Translations under genes and position numbers: made by a program
Part shown: positions 41,191 to 54,425 of the stretch, one piece after another
How positions within the stretch are numbered: position 1 is the first letter of the stretch
Layout of the letters: each line of letters begins with the position of its first letter
The notes under the pieces: model-generated
The model's input: the letters and a program-made list of their open reading frames with translations, nothing else
Databases searched by the model: none
Told to the model about the DNA's origin: nothing
NCBI RefSeq assembly: GCF_001194135.2
Contig: NC_068985.1
Span: forward strand, 101,369,515 to 101,433,514
DNA from: Octopus bimaculoides
Lineage: Eukaryota
DNA length: 64,000 nucleotides
Direction: 5' to 3'

Positions 41191-44100
41191 TTAATTGGGT
41201 GACTTTTTAATTAAGTGCTTTGATACTTTGATACTCCTGATGAGTATTGTTTTCTCTCAGGGAGCCTGTTTCTATCTGTGCTACTGGATTTCGTCTGAAC
41301 GTGTTTTGAGCATATATAGGTGACAATGTCGTCAAATAACCTATGTATATATATATATATCTAACTATTTCGTGTGTCAAATAGCTATCTANNNNNNNNN
41401 NNNNNNNNNNNNNNNNNNNNNNNNNNNNNNNNNNNNNNNNNNNNNNNNNNNNNNNNNNNNNNNNNNNNNNNNNNNNNNNNNNNNNNNNNNNNNNNNNNNN
41501 NNNNNNNNNNNNNNNNNNNNNNNNNNNNNNNNNNNNNNNNNNNNNNNNNNNNNNNNNNNNNNNNNNNNNNNNNNNNNNNNNNNNNNNNNNNNNNNNNNNN
41601 NNNNNNNNNNNNNNNNNNNNNNNNNNNNNNNNNNNNNNNNNNNNNNNNNNNNNNNNNNNNNNNNNNNNNNNNNNNNNNNNNNNNNNNNNNNNNNNNNNNN
41701 NNNNNNNNNNNNNNNNNNNNNNNNNNNNNNNNNNNNNNNNNNNNNNNNNNNNNNNNNNNNNNNNNNNNNNNNNNNNNNNNNNNNNNNNNNNNNNNNNNNN
41801 NNNNNNNNNNNNNNNNNNNNNNNNNNNNNNNNNNNNNNNNNNNNNNNNNNNNNNNNNNNNNNNNNNNNNNNNNNNNNNNNNNNNNNNNNNNNNNNNNNNN
41901 NNNNNNNNNNNNNNNNNNNNNNNNNNNNNNNNNNNNNNNNNNNNNNNNNNNNNNNNNNNNNNNNNNNNNNNNNNNNNNNNNNNNNNNNNNNNNNNNNNNN
42001 NNNNNNNNNNNNNNNNNNNNNNNNNNNNNNNNNNNNNNNNNNNNNNNNNNNNNNNNNNNNNNNNNNNNNNNNNNNNNNNNNNNNNNNNNNNNNNNNNNNN
42101 NNNNNNNNNNNNNNNNNNNNNNNNTATATATATACATATATATATATATATATACATACATATACACATACATACACAGCATACATATGCATATAAGTGC
42201 ATGCGTCTTCTTGTGTACAGTTTCATTTTCATATACATGTATGTGTACAAACGCGATGTTTTGCTTGTGTGTAAAACAGAATACATTAATAGGCGTGTAT
42301 GTGTGTGCGCGCGCGTGTGCTTCTCAATACGCAGAATGTTCACAAATATCTCTGCTTGATATCTATTGTATCCGAACTTTTTTTCTGATTGATGCAAGGT
42401 AAATAACAAATTCGAAAATAAGGCAAATTGACAAAGCATTTCAAATTAACAACTAATGTTTGTATAAGATAGCACTGTATAAAGACCGGACAGCTGCACG
42501 TAAAGGAGGTATACATAACTTCATACTCATACGCAAATGAGAATTAATAGACTTTGAGAATTAATGGATTTGAAATTGTTCAGTGAAATATCGATTCCTT
42601 CATGATTGATCGCATATGTGGCATAATGTTACTTTTTTGTAAATGTCTTATAATTTCTATTTACGTTAAATTTATCATCCCATAATGAAAGGCTCATTTG
42701 GTTTCGTAATAAGTGTTTCCTGCGCATTCAATAAGCTAAATTTTTAAACGGCGAATAAAACCTATCACCTCGTTCTACCGCATGAATTGTGATATTCCGA
42801 GCTTGTTTCAGTAGATATCTGTATGTAGTGCTTGTGTTGAAGATTTGAAGTCGGTCCCACGTTTCCATGTATGAAAATAATTTTTAAAAAATCAGAATGA
42901 ATCTGTCAAAGATTGCCTGGAGGAAAATTTAAGTACGTATTTATTTATTTATTTATCTCCGATTATATGCTCTTTTTACAATCGTTAGATAATGATATCT
43001 CAAAGCGCCTCATTGCTGCGTCAGAGGAAGGGGATGAAATGTGTCTCCATGTACGAATTTTATATTAAGGTCTATAGAAGGATGTGTGTCTTCAATAAAA
43101 TGTTAGTTTTTTTTTCATGCCCAGTGGCGTTGCCATTTCTTGTTATTACTACAGCTTCTCCGTCTTTTGTGGCTGTAGCCTTTGTCACAGTTCTTGTTAC
43201 ACTTTTGATATTGTGTCAGATTAATGACAGTTATAATTTGTTAATGCTAGAGCCGTTGCCCGTGATGCATTTCAAATGCATTTCGTGCCACTGCTGTTGC
43301 CTTCTGTGAGTCCTTGGTTTCACCTGTATCGTCTTCTGAGATGTTTGTGTGCTTGTTTGGGTTACAGAAGCATATTTCTTCCTTCATGTGAAACATATTG
43401 TGAGAAGAATGCTCTCTGATACGTGGCTGTACTAATCGTTTGTTACTTAGACAATTTCCAAAATTACGAGGACCTATGTACAGATTCGAAGTTGTATTAG
43501 ATAAATACTCTCGTCCAGGGTTTCATGTTATATATCTCATTTCAATCACTACCAACTTTTCTCTGTCATTTGATACACTAGCATATCTCTCTAAACATGC
43601 ATAGCTCCCATCTACTCTTCGCTATATTATTGTGGCACACCTTCCTCAATTACATTCAGCAATCTATGACCATTTATATAGTATGAGTATATATTTCTTT
43701 CTGTTTGCCACAGTTAAAAGCCCCATTTTCAAAGCGTTTTTGTGACGTCTTATTTATTTTGTGTTCTATTATTCTCTAGAACTGCCTTTTCAAATATATT
43801 TTCTATAAGGAAAATATCTACTTTCAGCGTCTTACCGCAACAAACAACTTCCGAGGATGGTAAGTACTCAAAATTGTGAAATATATACTCAGCTTTCTTT
43901 TCATCATCCCTGCTTAGCATGCCACTAAATATACTTCCTATGTGACACAGCATACTGTACGAAATTATAAGATATGTTCGGTATTTAGAGATACGAAGGA
44001 CAGCTCTTAGTTTTCTATGAACGATGTATTCTACGCCTCTAACTGACGAAACGTAACCATGTAGTAACTAATGTGTTAATTCAGTTAGAACGCTGAAATT

Positions 44101-45044
44101 TGTTTCCACACACCTGGTTAATAAGAAGAATTTCTCGTCCGAGATATAAGGGTATAAATCTACACGAGCGTATTAGATATAAATGTACAAAAGTTTTAAT
44201 ATAACCACCACAGGTAATTTGTCATTAATTCACATTTAGCGAGATATTATGTTTATGAGTGTGTGCGAAATCATGTGCCGATAAAATGCGATGAACTCTC
44301 GATATATTTCCATGTAGTGCTGCATATGTTTAATATAAACCAATTATGAATGTGTATTTTGTCTCCATGACCTGCGCAGTAATCAGGGTCTTTGCACTAA
44401 GATCTATAACCGGGTTTATGTGATATATATGGTATTCCTGTGATTGAATGCGTCCCGAATATGATTAATGTTTATGAGTTCATTTCACTTTTGATGGCTT
44501 TCGGCGTTATATTAAATAGTACCGGATTATCTGCGGCAAACTACTTTCGTCAGTCTCCAGATCGTATGACGGTGTCATTTTATGTAAGGGGCATGTGGCG
44601 GGGATATTAATCATAATTTATTTTAAGATCAACGTTAATATAATCAGGGTATCGCTACTAGAATTAATGTAGACACTCACATACAGGCACACGGTCACTC
44701 TGTCACTCACACACATATATGTATAAGTAATTATGTAAGTTTGTAGATGTAAATATGTGTTTTATGCAATAAAAGAAGATTTAAATAGTAAATACGAACC
44801 CATATAACATACCTAAAGTAAATACAACGACTGTAACAAATTTATTGCGGTATTCGACCAGAGGTAACGTGCATTATGTATGCACAGATTTTAAAATATC
44901 TACGGGCTTAGCTGGAAATTGTCCCAGCAACGTCTACCGAGATCACCTGATGCAATGCTGGCTAGTTGCCTGAATGCATATGTATATATAAGAACAGACA
45001 CAATCTTATACACACAGTCACACACACACACATGCATATATGCA

Positions 45045-45109
<65 letters not shown>

Positions 45110-46119
45110 TTTGAGTGTAGAAGTAAGAAAAACGAGGAGAGAGCCATGCATTGACGTCTCACATTCGAACATAGATAAATAGTAAAACAAGAACAGTGTA
45201 AAAGTGCAGGTATTTCCTTTTATGTTCTAGAACTGCTCAAAACCATTTCCAAGACGGTTATTTCAACGCATCTCACTCAACTGCAGTAACTTTTGAAGAT
45301 AAAAGTTATTTGTGTCTGTACCTCCTTTAGATTGCTAGGGAAGCTTCACGGAAAAATATCAGCAACAGCAGCATAAGGTCTCTGTTGTTGATTTCTTTAG
45401 ATGTTCTGAAGATTTTACTATAAATTTTCTAAGAGATGGTATTCTATCGTGTCCCTAAATTAATAAGCCGAACTACATTTTTTGAGGCTATAAAGAAATT
45501 TGCGACCGTTTTCTTCGGTCAATAAAAAAACAATTCAAACATGCTTTGAAAATTGTTTTAAATGCGTAAATAATGAAGGAAGGTAACCTGCAGTTATTTT
45601 CGGATTAAGATTATTACCACAAGTATTGTACATCAATACGCAGGTTTTTCCACAACAAACATAGAATACCCGAAGAAAAATAAATAAATAAATAAATAAA
45701 TAATTGCTTACCTATCCCAATATTGAATATTATTTCTTCTGAAATCTCAAGAAACATGTGATACGCTTAACTGTTTTAAATGTTCAAACAATTTTATAGC
45801 GACAAAGAGGCTGTGGATCTTGATTTTCTTTCTTTTCTTTCTCCTCGTTTCCTTTATTGCATCAAATTTCTTCGTGCTTTTCTTCTCGTTTACCTTTCAT
45901 GTTTTCCTATCTCCCAGCGTTCTAATATACAAATAGCTCTAGTGGCATGATACTGAAAGATTGCTTGGAGAAACAGCATATTATGTAAACCTACCAAATT
46001 ATTCTATCTCTATTATAGAGATTCTATATCATATACCTATTAGTATCTCATTTTTATATTGTGTTATATTAATGATACTATCTCTCAGTGGATAGAGTGC
46101 ATTTTGTTGATCCTACCTC

Positions 46120-46500
46120 TAACAGAAGAGTAAACTGCGGTTCCGGGCTCAGTCCCACTGTGTGGCATTATACAAAAGTGTCTTCTCCTATAGCCTAGGG
46201 ATGACCAAAGATGTGCATGTGGATACGGCAGACGGAAACTGGAAGAAGCCAATGGTATATATATATATATATATATATACATATGTGCATGTGTGTGGTT
46301 GTATGTGTGTGAGTGTGTGTATCTTTGTGCCTGCGGTGTCCCCCCTACTATCGCTTGACTCCCCGGGAGGATGTGTTTACGTCGGCGTTAACTAGTGGTT
46401 GGACAAAATGAAGAGATAAAACAAGTACCAGACTTAATAAAAAGAGCACTCGAGTATAAATCCTTCAAGACGGTGCCCCGGCATGATTGAAGCAAGTAAA
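46120..46500 (+). mobile_element. SINE family B with internal (TA)/(TG) repeat
   Basis: ggttccgggctcagtcccactg.gtggca..aagtgtcttct.ctatagcc..gacggaaactggaagaagcc..gtgtcccc..ataagtacc-type tail. Confidence 0.8.
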
Positions 46501-47228
46501 AAATTAAAAAGCACACACACACACACACATACACACACACACATACGCACATACACACGAACATACGCATACACACACAGAGATATATAAAAGGAAATTA
46601 AAAACAAATATATCATCTGATATATTCGAGAATATACTGAGATTTTATGTTACAGATACGATAGGAATAGATACAAAATAAAATAATTACAACTAATTTA
46701 AATTACAATGACATGAATTCCTTCAGTTCCGTTTGGACATTTTTACTAAGTCTAGACGCTGAATTAAAAGCAGAAGGGTGACGAATTCTAGCATATTTAA
46801 CATATGTATACTTGTATTAATGTTCACACCATTTGTACTTCCATTATTTCAATCCATTTTTAATATTTTACACAGGTGTTGACTTGGTATTTTTCGAAAT
46901 GTCACATGGATGCTGAACACTGATTTTGTAAGTAATTATTTGATCCATGAAGCATTATTAAAGGAAATGATGCTAATGCTATCTCGTATCTCGTACAACT
47001 GTTATGTTTCGAATATAATTGCTTTTACTTGGTTGATTGTTATACATCAATAATAAAAATGCCGCTTGCGGAATTTATCTTTATGACATCCTAATATTAA
47101 ACGATTTTTATACCTTTCATACTCGTTTCATATCCGGTTTTAGGGTTTTTAGTTCCCTAAACATAAATTATATTTGCATCCTTTTTCTACAAGAACGAAA
47201 TAGTAAATTTTTATGTTACCTTTCACCG

Positions 47229-47425
47229 TTTATTACCTTCGCCTTTGCAAAGGCGGAGGTATTGTTATCAGTCGCGTTTTTCTGTGTGCTTGCTTGTTTG
47301 ACCGAGGTCAAGATATCCCAAGAACCATTGGATGGATTTGGATGAGACTTTCAGGGGTGTTTGGCCTCGTGACTGACACGGACTGATTAGATTATGGGAT
47401 CGATCCGGTACCGGTCAAGGTTTCT
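47229..47425 (+). mobile_element. Helentron-associated (HINE/DINE-1-like) non-autonomous element
   Basis: 5' ttattaccttcgcctttgcaaaggcggagg hairpin, tgtgtgcttgcttgtt repeat, ggatggatttggatgagactttcagg core, 3' palindrome ccggtaccgg; layout matches HINE/DINE-1 as I recall it. Confidence 0.55.
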
Positions 47426-48454
47426 GAATCATTTGTTATATCTACTTTACATGATTACCATCTTACATTAACTTTCAAGTCTTTATCAATTATCTCCATT
47501 TAGACTGTAGCTATCTTCAAATGTGAATTTGTTAACGTTGCCTTCTATTAGATAAGGATAAAATATTTATTACTCTTAATAAATTTTCTACAGCCATTTT
47601 CACATTCCCGTTGTCAAGATGTGGTAGACAGCTTTGAAACACAAACACGTCGATATGTTTATATATACATATACAGTGCGACTTTTTACAATGTTCGTCC
47701 CCTAAATCTATTAAGAAGGGTTTAATCGACTCGGCATCATAATAGAAGTCACATGCGTGAAGCGGCACACAGTGGAATCATGTGGTTGGGAAACTAAATT
47801 CTTGACATATAGCTAACTTGCTACGAGCTTTCAAAAGTTTATGATAGAAAATAGATACTATATCAACAGAAATGTGCGGTGATATCATCAATTTTGTAGA
47901 TTCCTAAAGGCATGAAAACTTGACTTTTCTAATGTCAGTGTGTAGTCAATAATTTAATTAACGCTATGGAGTTGTTACCATATGTTATGAAATTGAATCA
48001 ATACAGTCGATATATTATCTTTAGCACTTAATTGGAATATACATCGTAGGATATATTTATTGAGAAATTTAAAGAATCTCAGAATAACATTGGTTGAATG
48101 CATTAATCTTTCGACAATATTAAAATTGTATCTTCAAAGTTAATTTATTTTATAAAATTTCGGTTGGAACTTTCAGTAGATATTTTAAACTGAAAACATC
48201 GGTTCCGTTTTCACTGTAGATTTTAGCTCATCTCTAGTTCATTTGAAGAATGTTGATAATAATTTTAAAAGCCCATAATTTGGTTCGAAAATAATATTCA
48301 GCTATGATTATTAAATGTAATTTCGTGTGACTAAATTTCACAATATATCTTGAAATGCTCATTACTACAATGAATAACTGGAAGATCATATAATGAAATA
48401 AAGAAATATAACATGGAAACTTCATAGACTTTCTTTTCAAATATTCTTTTGGGC

Positions 48455-48750
48455 TTCATTGCACCCAACGAACAGGTTGGCATAGTTGGGTCCCATTTTC
48501 ATTCCCATGGTCGCTCCTGGGTCTTTTGATAAAACTCACCCGCGAACGAGAAGCAGTTGAGGGAGAGGAAAGTTCGGACAGATGAAGAGGTTTGAAGGTG
48601 TCCGGTTGAGGGACAAGCCGGTTGAGGGAAATTGTAATGTCAAAGGTGAACAGAAGTTCAGAGTAGTCAGAATAGAAGAAGTAAAACATAAATATGAGAG
48701 CATAACTTGTGTCGTGGATGTCTGAGGGGATGACAGAGACTAGCGGGACA
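48455..48750 (-). mobile_element. Penelope-like reverse transcriptase fragment
   Basis: PLVSVIPSDIHDTSYAL..LLFTFDI..PQPDT..LNCFSFAGEFYQKTQGATMGMKMGPNYANLFVG (frameshifted) matches the PLE RT motif YQQ..G.AMG+KMGP.YANLF+G. Confidence 0.9.
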
Positions 48751-48784
48751 ATGTATATATGTATACACACGCATACATAAATGC

Positions 48785-49142
48785 ATACGCATACATATAC
48801 AGGCGCGGGCGTCGCTGTGCGGTAAGAAGCCTGCTTCCCAATCATATGTTCCTAAATGCAGGCCCCACATTGTGTAACCTTGGGCAAGCGTTTCCTGTAG
48901 TAGCCTTCAGCCTACCAAAGTCTTATATGTGGATTTGGTAGACAAAGTGGAAGCCCATCGTGTGTNNNNNNNNNNNNNNNNNNNNNNNNNNNNNNNNNNN
49001 NNNNNNNNNNNNNNNNNNNNNNNNNNNNNNNNNNNNNNNNNNNNNNNNNNNNNNNNNNNNNNNNNNNNNNNNNNNNNNNNNNNNNNNNNNNNNNNNNNNN
49101 NNNNNNNNNNNNNNNNNNNNNNNNNNNNNNNNNNNNNNNNNN

Positions 49143-49174
<32 letters not shown>

Positions 49175-49350
49175 TGTGTGTGTATGTGTATGTGCGTGTG
49201 TGTGTGTGTGTGTATGCTTGTTTGTGCGAATGCGTGTGTATGTGAGTGTGTGGGTGTGCGTGCCAGGTTTTAAAAGATACTCTTCCAGTACTGCTCCACT
49301 ACTGTCCCAGCACGGCTGCAGTCAAATGACTGAAGTAGGTAAAAGATTAA
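48785..49350 (+). mobile_element. SINE family B spanning an N-gap
   Basis: aggcgcgggcgtcgctgtgcggtaagaagcctgcttccca head; gtggatttggtagac; tail cagcacggctgcagtcaaatgactgaa. Confidence 0.8.
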
Positions 49351-49352
49351 AA

Positions 49353-49394
<42 letters not shown>

Positions 49395-49929
49395 TTTTAA
49401 TCCTTTACTATACCACAAATATAAATCTTGTTAATCGTGGTAAAATTATTTGTATAGAATACCAAAAGGAAAACAATAATCGATGAGGAGATCCCAGTAC
49501 ATCAATGTATCAAATGCACTAGGTCTCAGATATAAAAATTAAAATTTAATCCTAATAAAATGACAAATGCTATACACCTTCAGTTCAAAAGCAACATAAT
49601 CTCTTGAGTATGAAATAAGTAAATATGTGAATTGATGGAACGGAAATATTTTAGTCACATAGCCCGCACCATTTTGTGTGTGCGTGTCTGTGTATGCCTG
49701 TGTGTGTATGCCCGTGTATTTCTCTATACATGGGTGTGTTCATGTTTGTGTGTATTTATTTTGAGTGTATGCACTTACGTAAATCAGTTTTAAGTGTGCA
49801 TGCAGGAGTACGTATAACAGATCGTGGATTATTTGTATTCATAACAAAATTCTTTTAGCTGTTTCTGCCATATAATTCTAAAAAGAAGCAGTCTGCGTTA
49901 AAGCTTGTGGATTATTTACTCTGTGCTTT

Positions 49930-50300
49930 CTTAAATGGACACATAGAACTGCTTTGCTTCGTGCCACAAAACAACAATGACGGGCAAGGTTTTCATATAG
50001 AGGAGCAGTTTTTTTACCAGTGTACCTTCATGGTTTTACGAAGATGATCCTGGTGCTGGAGTCGACTTTACTGAAATTTGTAAGTTAGACTGACACCAGG
50101 TCCTGCTTTCTGATGTTTTGTTGTCTTTTTTGTTTCTCTTTGAAGTGCAAGAGCGGCCTTCCAACTAACTGACCTTCCTTTTGGGAATTGCTCAAACAGA
50201 TGTTGCTTCAGAATTCTCACATCATTCTTACGTGAGTGGCGACCTGACTTTCTAAACTGTATTTTCATGAGGATACTTTTAACACCTCATATGTTGCATT
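49930..50300 (-). mobile_element. RTE (BovB-like) LINE 3' fragment
   Basis: FRKSGRHSRKNDVRILKQHLFEQFPKGRSVGRPLLHFKEK (cf. LRWAGH+.RM.D.R+PKQ+++G++..GR..GRP.LR+KD). Confidence 0.7.
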
Positions 50301-51579
50301 TTGTAAATACCTCACTGTTACGAATATGATCGTTCGGTTTTATGTTGGAGATAGCACACAGGCATCGCTTATAAATAGCATCAAGCTCATTGATGTGCTT
50401 TTGCTACAAAGTCCAATATTTTGCTCCATAAGGCAATGATATCAAGACCACCGTTTAACATACATTAACGTATATACATACATATATACAGATATATATA
50501 TGCATATATATGTATATATATATGTTTGTATATATATGTGTGTATGGATGTATGCACGTGTCTATATGTACACACACATATATACATATATACATTCATA
50601 CATATGCATACATATGCATACATATATATATATATATATATGCATATACATCTATACATATACCCACGCACACGCACGTACATACATGCCCATATGTGTG
50701 TATGTTATTATGTATGTATTTGGCATAGTAGCATGTATAGGTCGTTGGAGCAGAGGTGTCATTAAATAATATAACTCGAACTATAAGATTAGCCGATTTG
50801 TCATCAGGATACAACATTTTGCTTCTACATTGTGCTGTCTACACACTTGGGTATTGTCGGTACTGTATCTAATAGAATCAATTAGAGAGAATCGTTCTGT
50901 TCTATGGAGTTTTTATAACCTCCATTAGTATTTCAGTTATAAATATTCTTTGAACATCAATAAAAGCGAAAATCAAACTTTCCTGTCTATACTGGTTAAA
51001 TATTTATGATTATCAGTTAGAGTTGACAGCAATTGTGGAAATTACCACAGTAATAAATATTAAGTGTGATGAATTAACTGTTAGAAAATGATATGAACGT
51101 AAAAAGAAATTAAAATTGAATCGAATTTTTGCATTATAGTTCTTTATATGACTGCAAACATTTAGCAATATATTATATATAAATTTGAATGATAATGCAA
51201 ATGATAAAAGTTATTTTAAGGTATATATCATGAAATGTTGTGGGTGCATGACTTGGTATTTTGATGTGTCGCAGAGAATCTATAAATATTTGAGGACCGA
51301 GTACATCAAAATAACAGTTGATATGATTGAATATGTTTGAGAATATTTTTTTCAGTTTTATAGGTATGTGGTATGGAAATATACGACAGTGATAAAGCGA
51401 CTGATGCCATACAAGTACTGACCTACATTTGGAAACTGTGAAACCGAATACTATTCTCTAATCGCGTGTCTTGTCATTGCTTTCAGTTTCTACTTGCGTA
51501 TGTGTGTATGTTTATGTAGCACTATCTCTGTGTGCTATTAAGAGTAGCAATTCAGATGCATTTAGATATCAGGACGCAC

Positions 51580-51655
<76 letters not shown>

Positions 51656-51810
51656 AAAATAATAATGTTAATAATATTAATAAGAATAATGATTGTGAAA
51701 ATAACAACAACCGCAATAATAATAATAATAATAATAATAACAATAATAATAATAATGATGATGATGATGATGATAACAACAGCAACAACAACAACAACAA
51801 CAACAAAAAT
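51580..51810. repeat. Compound microsatellite (AGT)n-(AAT)n-(GAT)n-(AAC)n
   Basis: Seen directly. Confidence 0.95.
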
Positions 51811-51811
51811 A

Positions 51812-52307
51812 ACATTGGTACGACCACAAGCCGGAAAGTGTTGTCGAAAATAGAAATGCAAAGATCGTGTGGGATGTTATGATTCAATGCGACCATGAGA
51901 CTGAGAATAGGAAGCCGGACATGGTCTTAATTGAGAAAGAAATCAAACTATGCTGGATAATGGACATAGCATGCCAAGCTGACAATAAGGTGTGCGATAA
52001 GGAAGAACGAAAAGTCGAGAGATATGACAGGTTAGCTTGGGAAGTCAAGCAGTTGAGGTCGTTGAAAAAGGTAGCAGTAGTACCAATTATTTTCAGAGCC
52101 CTGGGAACAGTGAGCAAACATCTCGAGATGTTCGTTGAACAAATAGGAGCTGCAATGAGGGTGGAGCACATGTAGAAAACAGCACTGCTTGGAACCTCTC
52201 CAATACCCCGGAAGGTGCTGAAGAAATAAGAGGCGTTACCTTTGTTTACTGGTAGAGAACAGCTGACACTATGGTACACCTCCAGCGTTAGAAGCTGTGC
52301 AAAGGCA
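51812..52307 (+). mobile_element. 5'-truncated R4/Dong-type element, RLE endonuclease domain plus 3' UTR
   Basis: WYDHKPESVVENRNAKIVWDVMIQCDHETENRKPDMVLIEKEIKLCWIMDIACQADNKVCDKEERKVERYDRLAWEVKQL...VVPIIFRALGTV...KTALLGTSPIPRKVL (PD..D..K..Y RLE motif); flanked on both sides by AAC/AAT repeats. Confidence 0.9.
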
Positions 52308-52333
52308 ACAAAAACAACAACAACAACAACAAC

Positions 52334-52395
<62 letters not shown>

Positions 52396-52967
52396 TAATA
52401 ATAATAATAAGATGTGACAATAATACTGCCAACACACTGCAGCGGCTGGACGTGTTCTTCGCTGCTCTGACCATTCAGCAGCCGAAGACACAAAAACACT
52501 AATATAACCCAGCAGGACAACGACAAAATGACTCACAAAGAATGGAATATCTACAATATCCGGCGAGTATCTTAAATCTCCCTCAAAATGTGTGAGGAAA
52601 CTTACATATCCAAACCTTTCGAACGCACAAACGATCAGCTTTACAAAAAACTTTAATATTTACAACTTCTGTGAATACGTACCCCTTCCTTTCTCACTGC
52701 GTATTCGAAAATGTAAACATTCTTTTCATTGCAAAAACACTACTATATTCTCCAAGAGGTCAGACAAACGAACATCACAAGAAAAATTTAAAACTTTAAT
52801 ATATTGAATTTTTTTGTGAAACGTTTATCTTTCTATTCTCCCGGACTAATCAGATATGTAAAAATACCTATTATTTCAACAACACGACTGAATTTACAAA
52901 TTCAAAAATTCAACGACGTGAATATCAATATCAATATCTATATATATTCATTTCAAATACAGAGATG

Positions 52968-53530
52968 CCTATAATAGAACATCTAACCCACCGGAAAGAG
53001 CAGCCAAAAACTCTATACCGCAATTAGAGATATTTTCAAAAGGGAATGAAAAATAAAAACACCTCTGTATTTTAAATGAATAATATATAGTCTATTTGAC
53101 TAAGTTTTCTTCTCGCTAGACCACTGGTAGTAAATAAAATTTCTAAATTTTTTTTCCTACCCTGTGATTTATTAATAATGATAAAATGTTTTTGGGCTAA
53201 TTTCTGAAAGAAAATGGGCATCTTTTTTTTTTTTGTATTTGCTGCCGATAACGTAAACTGCACATGCGCGGTAAATTTTGAAAAATTAAGCATATAAGCA
53301 CAAGTCATGTTTTGTATGTAGTGCTTCGTGTTTATATGTTAATCTAAGTTGTTTGCCTGATGATAGCTGACCTTGCAAAGTATTTTATTTTGCTACAATA
53401 GCTTGAAACCATGGTTCAGAAAATAAATTGGTAAATGTTTCTATTTGTCATTCCCTTTCGAAATTATCCCTAATTGTGGTATAAAGTTTTTGGCTGCTCT
53501 TTCTCTGCGGGTTAGATGTCCTATTATAGG
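52968..53530. mobile_element. MITE/foldback-like element with ~95 bp imperfect TIRs
   Basis: 52968-53061 is the reverse complement of 53436-53530 with ~10 mismatches and 1 gap by eye; no coding capacity inside. Confidence 0.75.
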
Positions 53531-54081
53531 TCATATATATATACATATATATATANNNNNNNNNNNNNNNNNNNNNNNNNNNNNNNNNNNNNNNNNNNNN
53601 NNNNNNNNNNNNNNNNNNNNNNNNNNNNNNNNNNNNNNNNNNNNNNNNNNNNNNNNNNNNNNNNNNNNNNNNNNNNNNNNNNNNNNNNNNNNNNNNNNNN
53701 NNNNNNNNNNNNNNNNNNNNNNNNNNNNNNNNNNNNNNNNNNNNNNNNNNNNNNNNNNNNNNNNNNNNNNNNNNNNNNNNNNNNNNNNNNNNNNNNNNNN
53801 NNNNNNNNNNNNNNNNNNNNNNNNNNNNNNNNNNNNNNNNNNNNNNNNNNNNNNNNNNNNNNNNNNNNNNNNNNNNNNNNNNNNNNNNNNNNNNNNNNNN
53901 NNNNNNNNNNNNNNNNNNNNNNNNNNNNNNNNNNNNNNNNNNNNNNNNNNNNNNNNNNNNNNNNNNNNNNNNNNNNNNNNNNNNNNNNNNNNNNNNNNNN
54001 NNNNNNNNNNNNNNNNNNNNNNNNNNNNNNNNNNNNNNNNNNNNNNNNNNNNNNNNNNNNTATATATATATATATATATAT

Positions 54082-54425
54082 TTAAAGAAGGACAAAATGG
54101 TGAAACCGTATGGCATCTTACCAGCCAATGTACGCCACTAGCCCAGAAGGAATATAAGACACGCCACGACAATATAGCATAAGTGCTTAGGCTCACCTTA
54201 ATAGCAAAGAAAAAGTGCATAAATATTTGGTCACTTGGTGGAAGCAGAAACTTCTGCATGGCAAATGTGTGGCCCGTATGAAGCAAGCTGATATTAACTA
54301 GTAGCACACCAATCAGGTGATACGAAACTCAGCACTAAAGATGCAGTGCTTAGGTTTCACTTTAGCTGCTGAAGATCAAAGCTTTTTAACCTGGAACTCG
54401 CAAGCCAATGTAATAAAAACATATC
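54082..54425 (+). mobile_element. Two R4/Dong-type fragments (CCHC knuckle, then pre-knuckle region)
   Basis: GETVWHLTSQCTPLAQKEYKTRHDNIA, then WWKQKLLHGKCVARMKQADI..IRNSALKMQCLGFTLAAEDQSFLTWNSQANVIK (cf. LHG..R...AD..W++.S.LK.ETEGF++AAQDQ++.TRNY). Confidence 0.8.

Noticed and set aside
43105-43220. Minus-strand CNKNCDKGYSHKRRRSCSNN, TSP1-like
   Set aside because: No WxxW, spacing is off by one, upstream stops are present and there is no usable acceptor.
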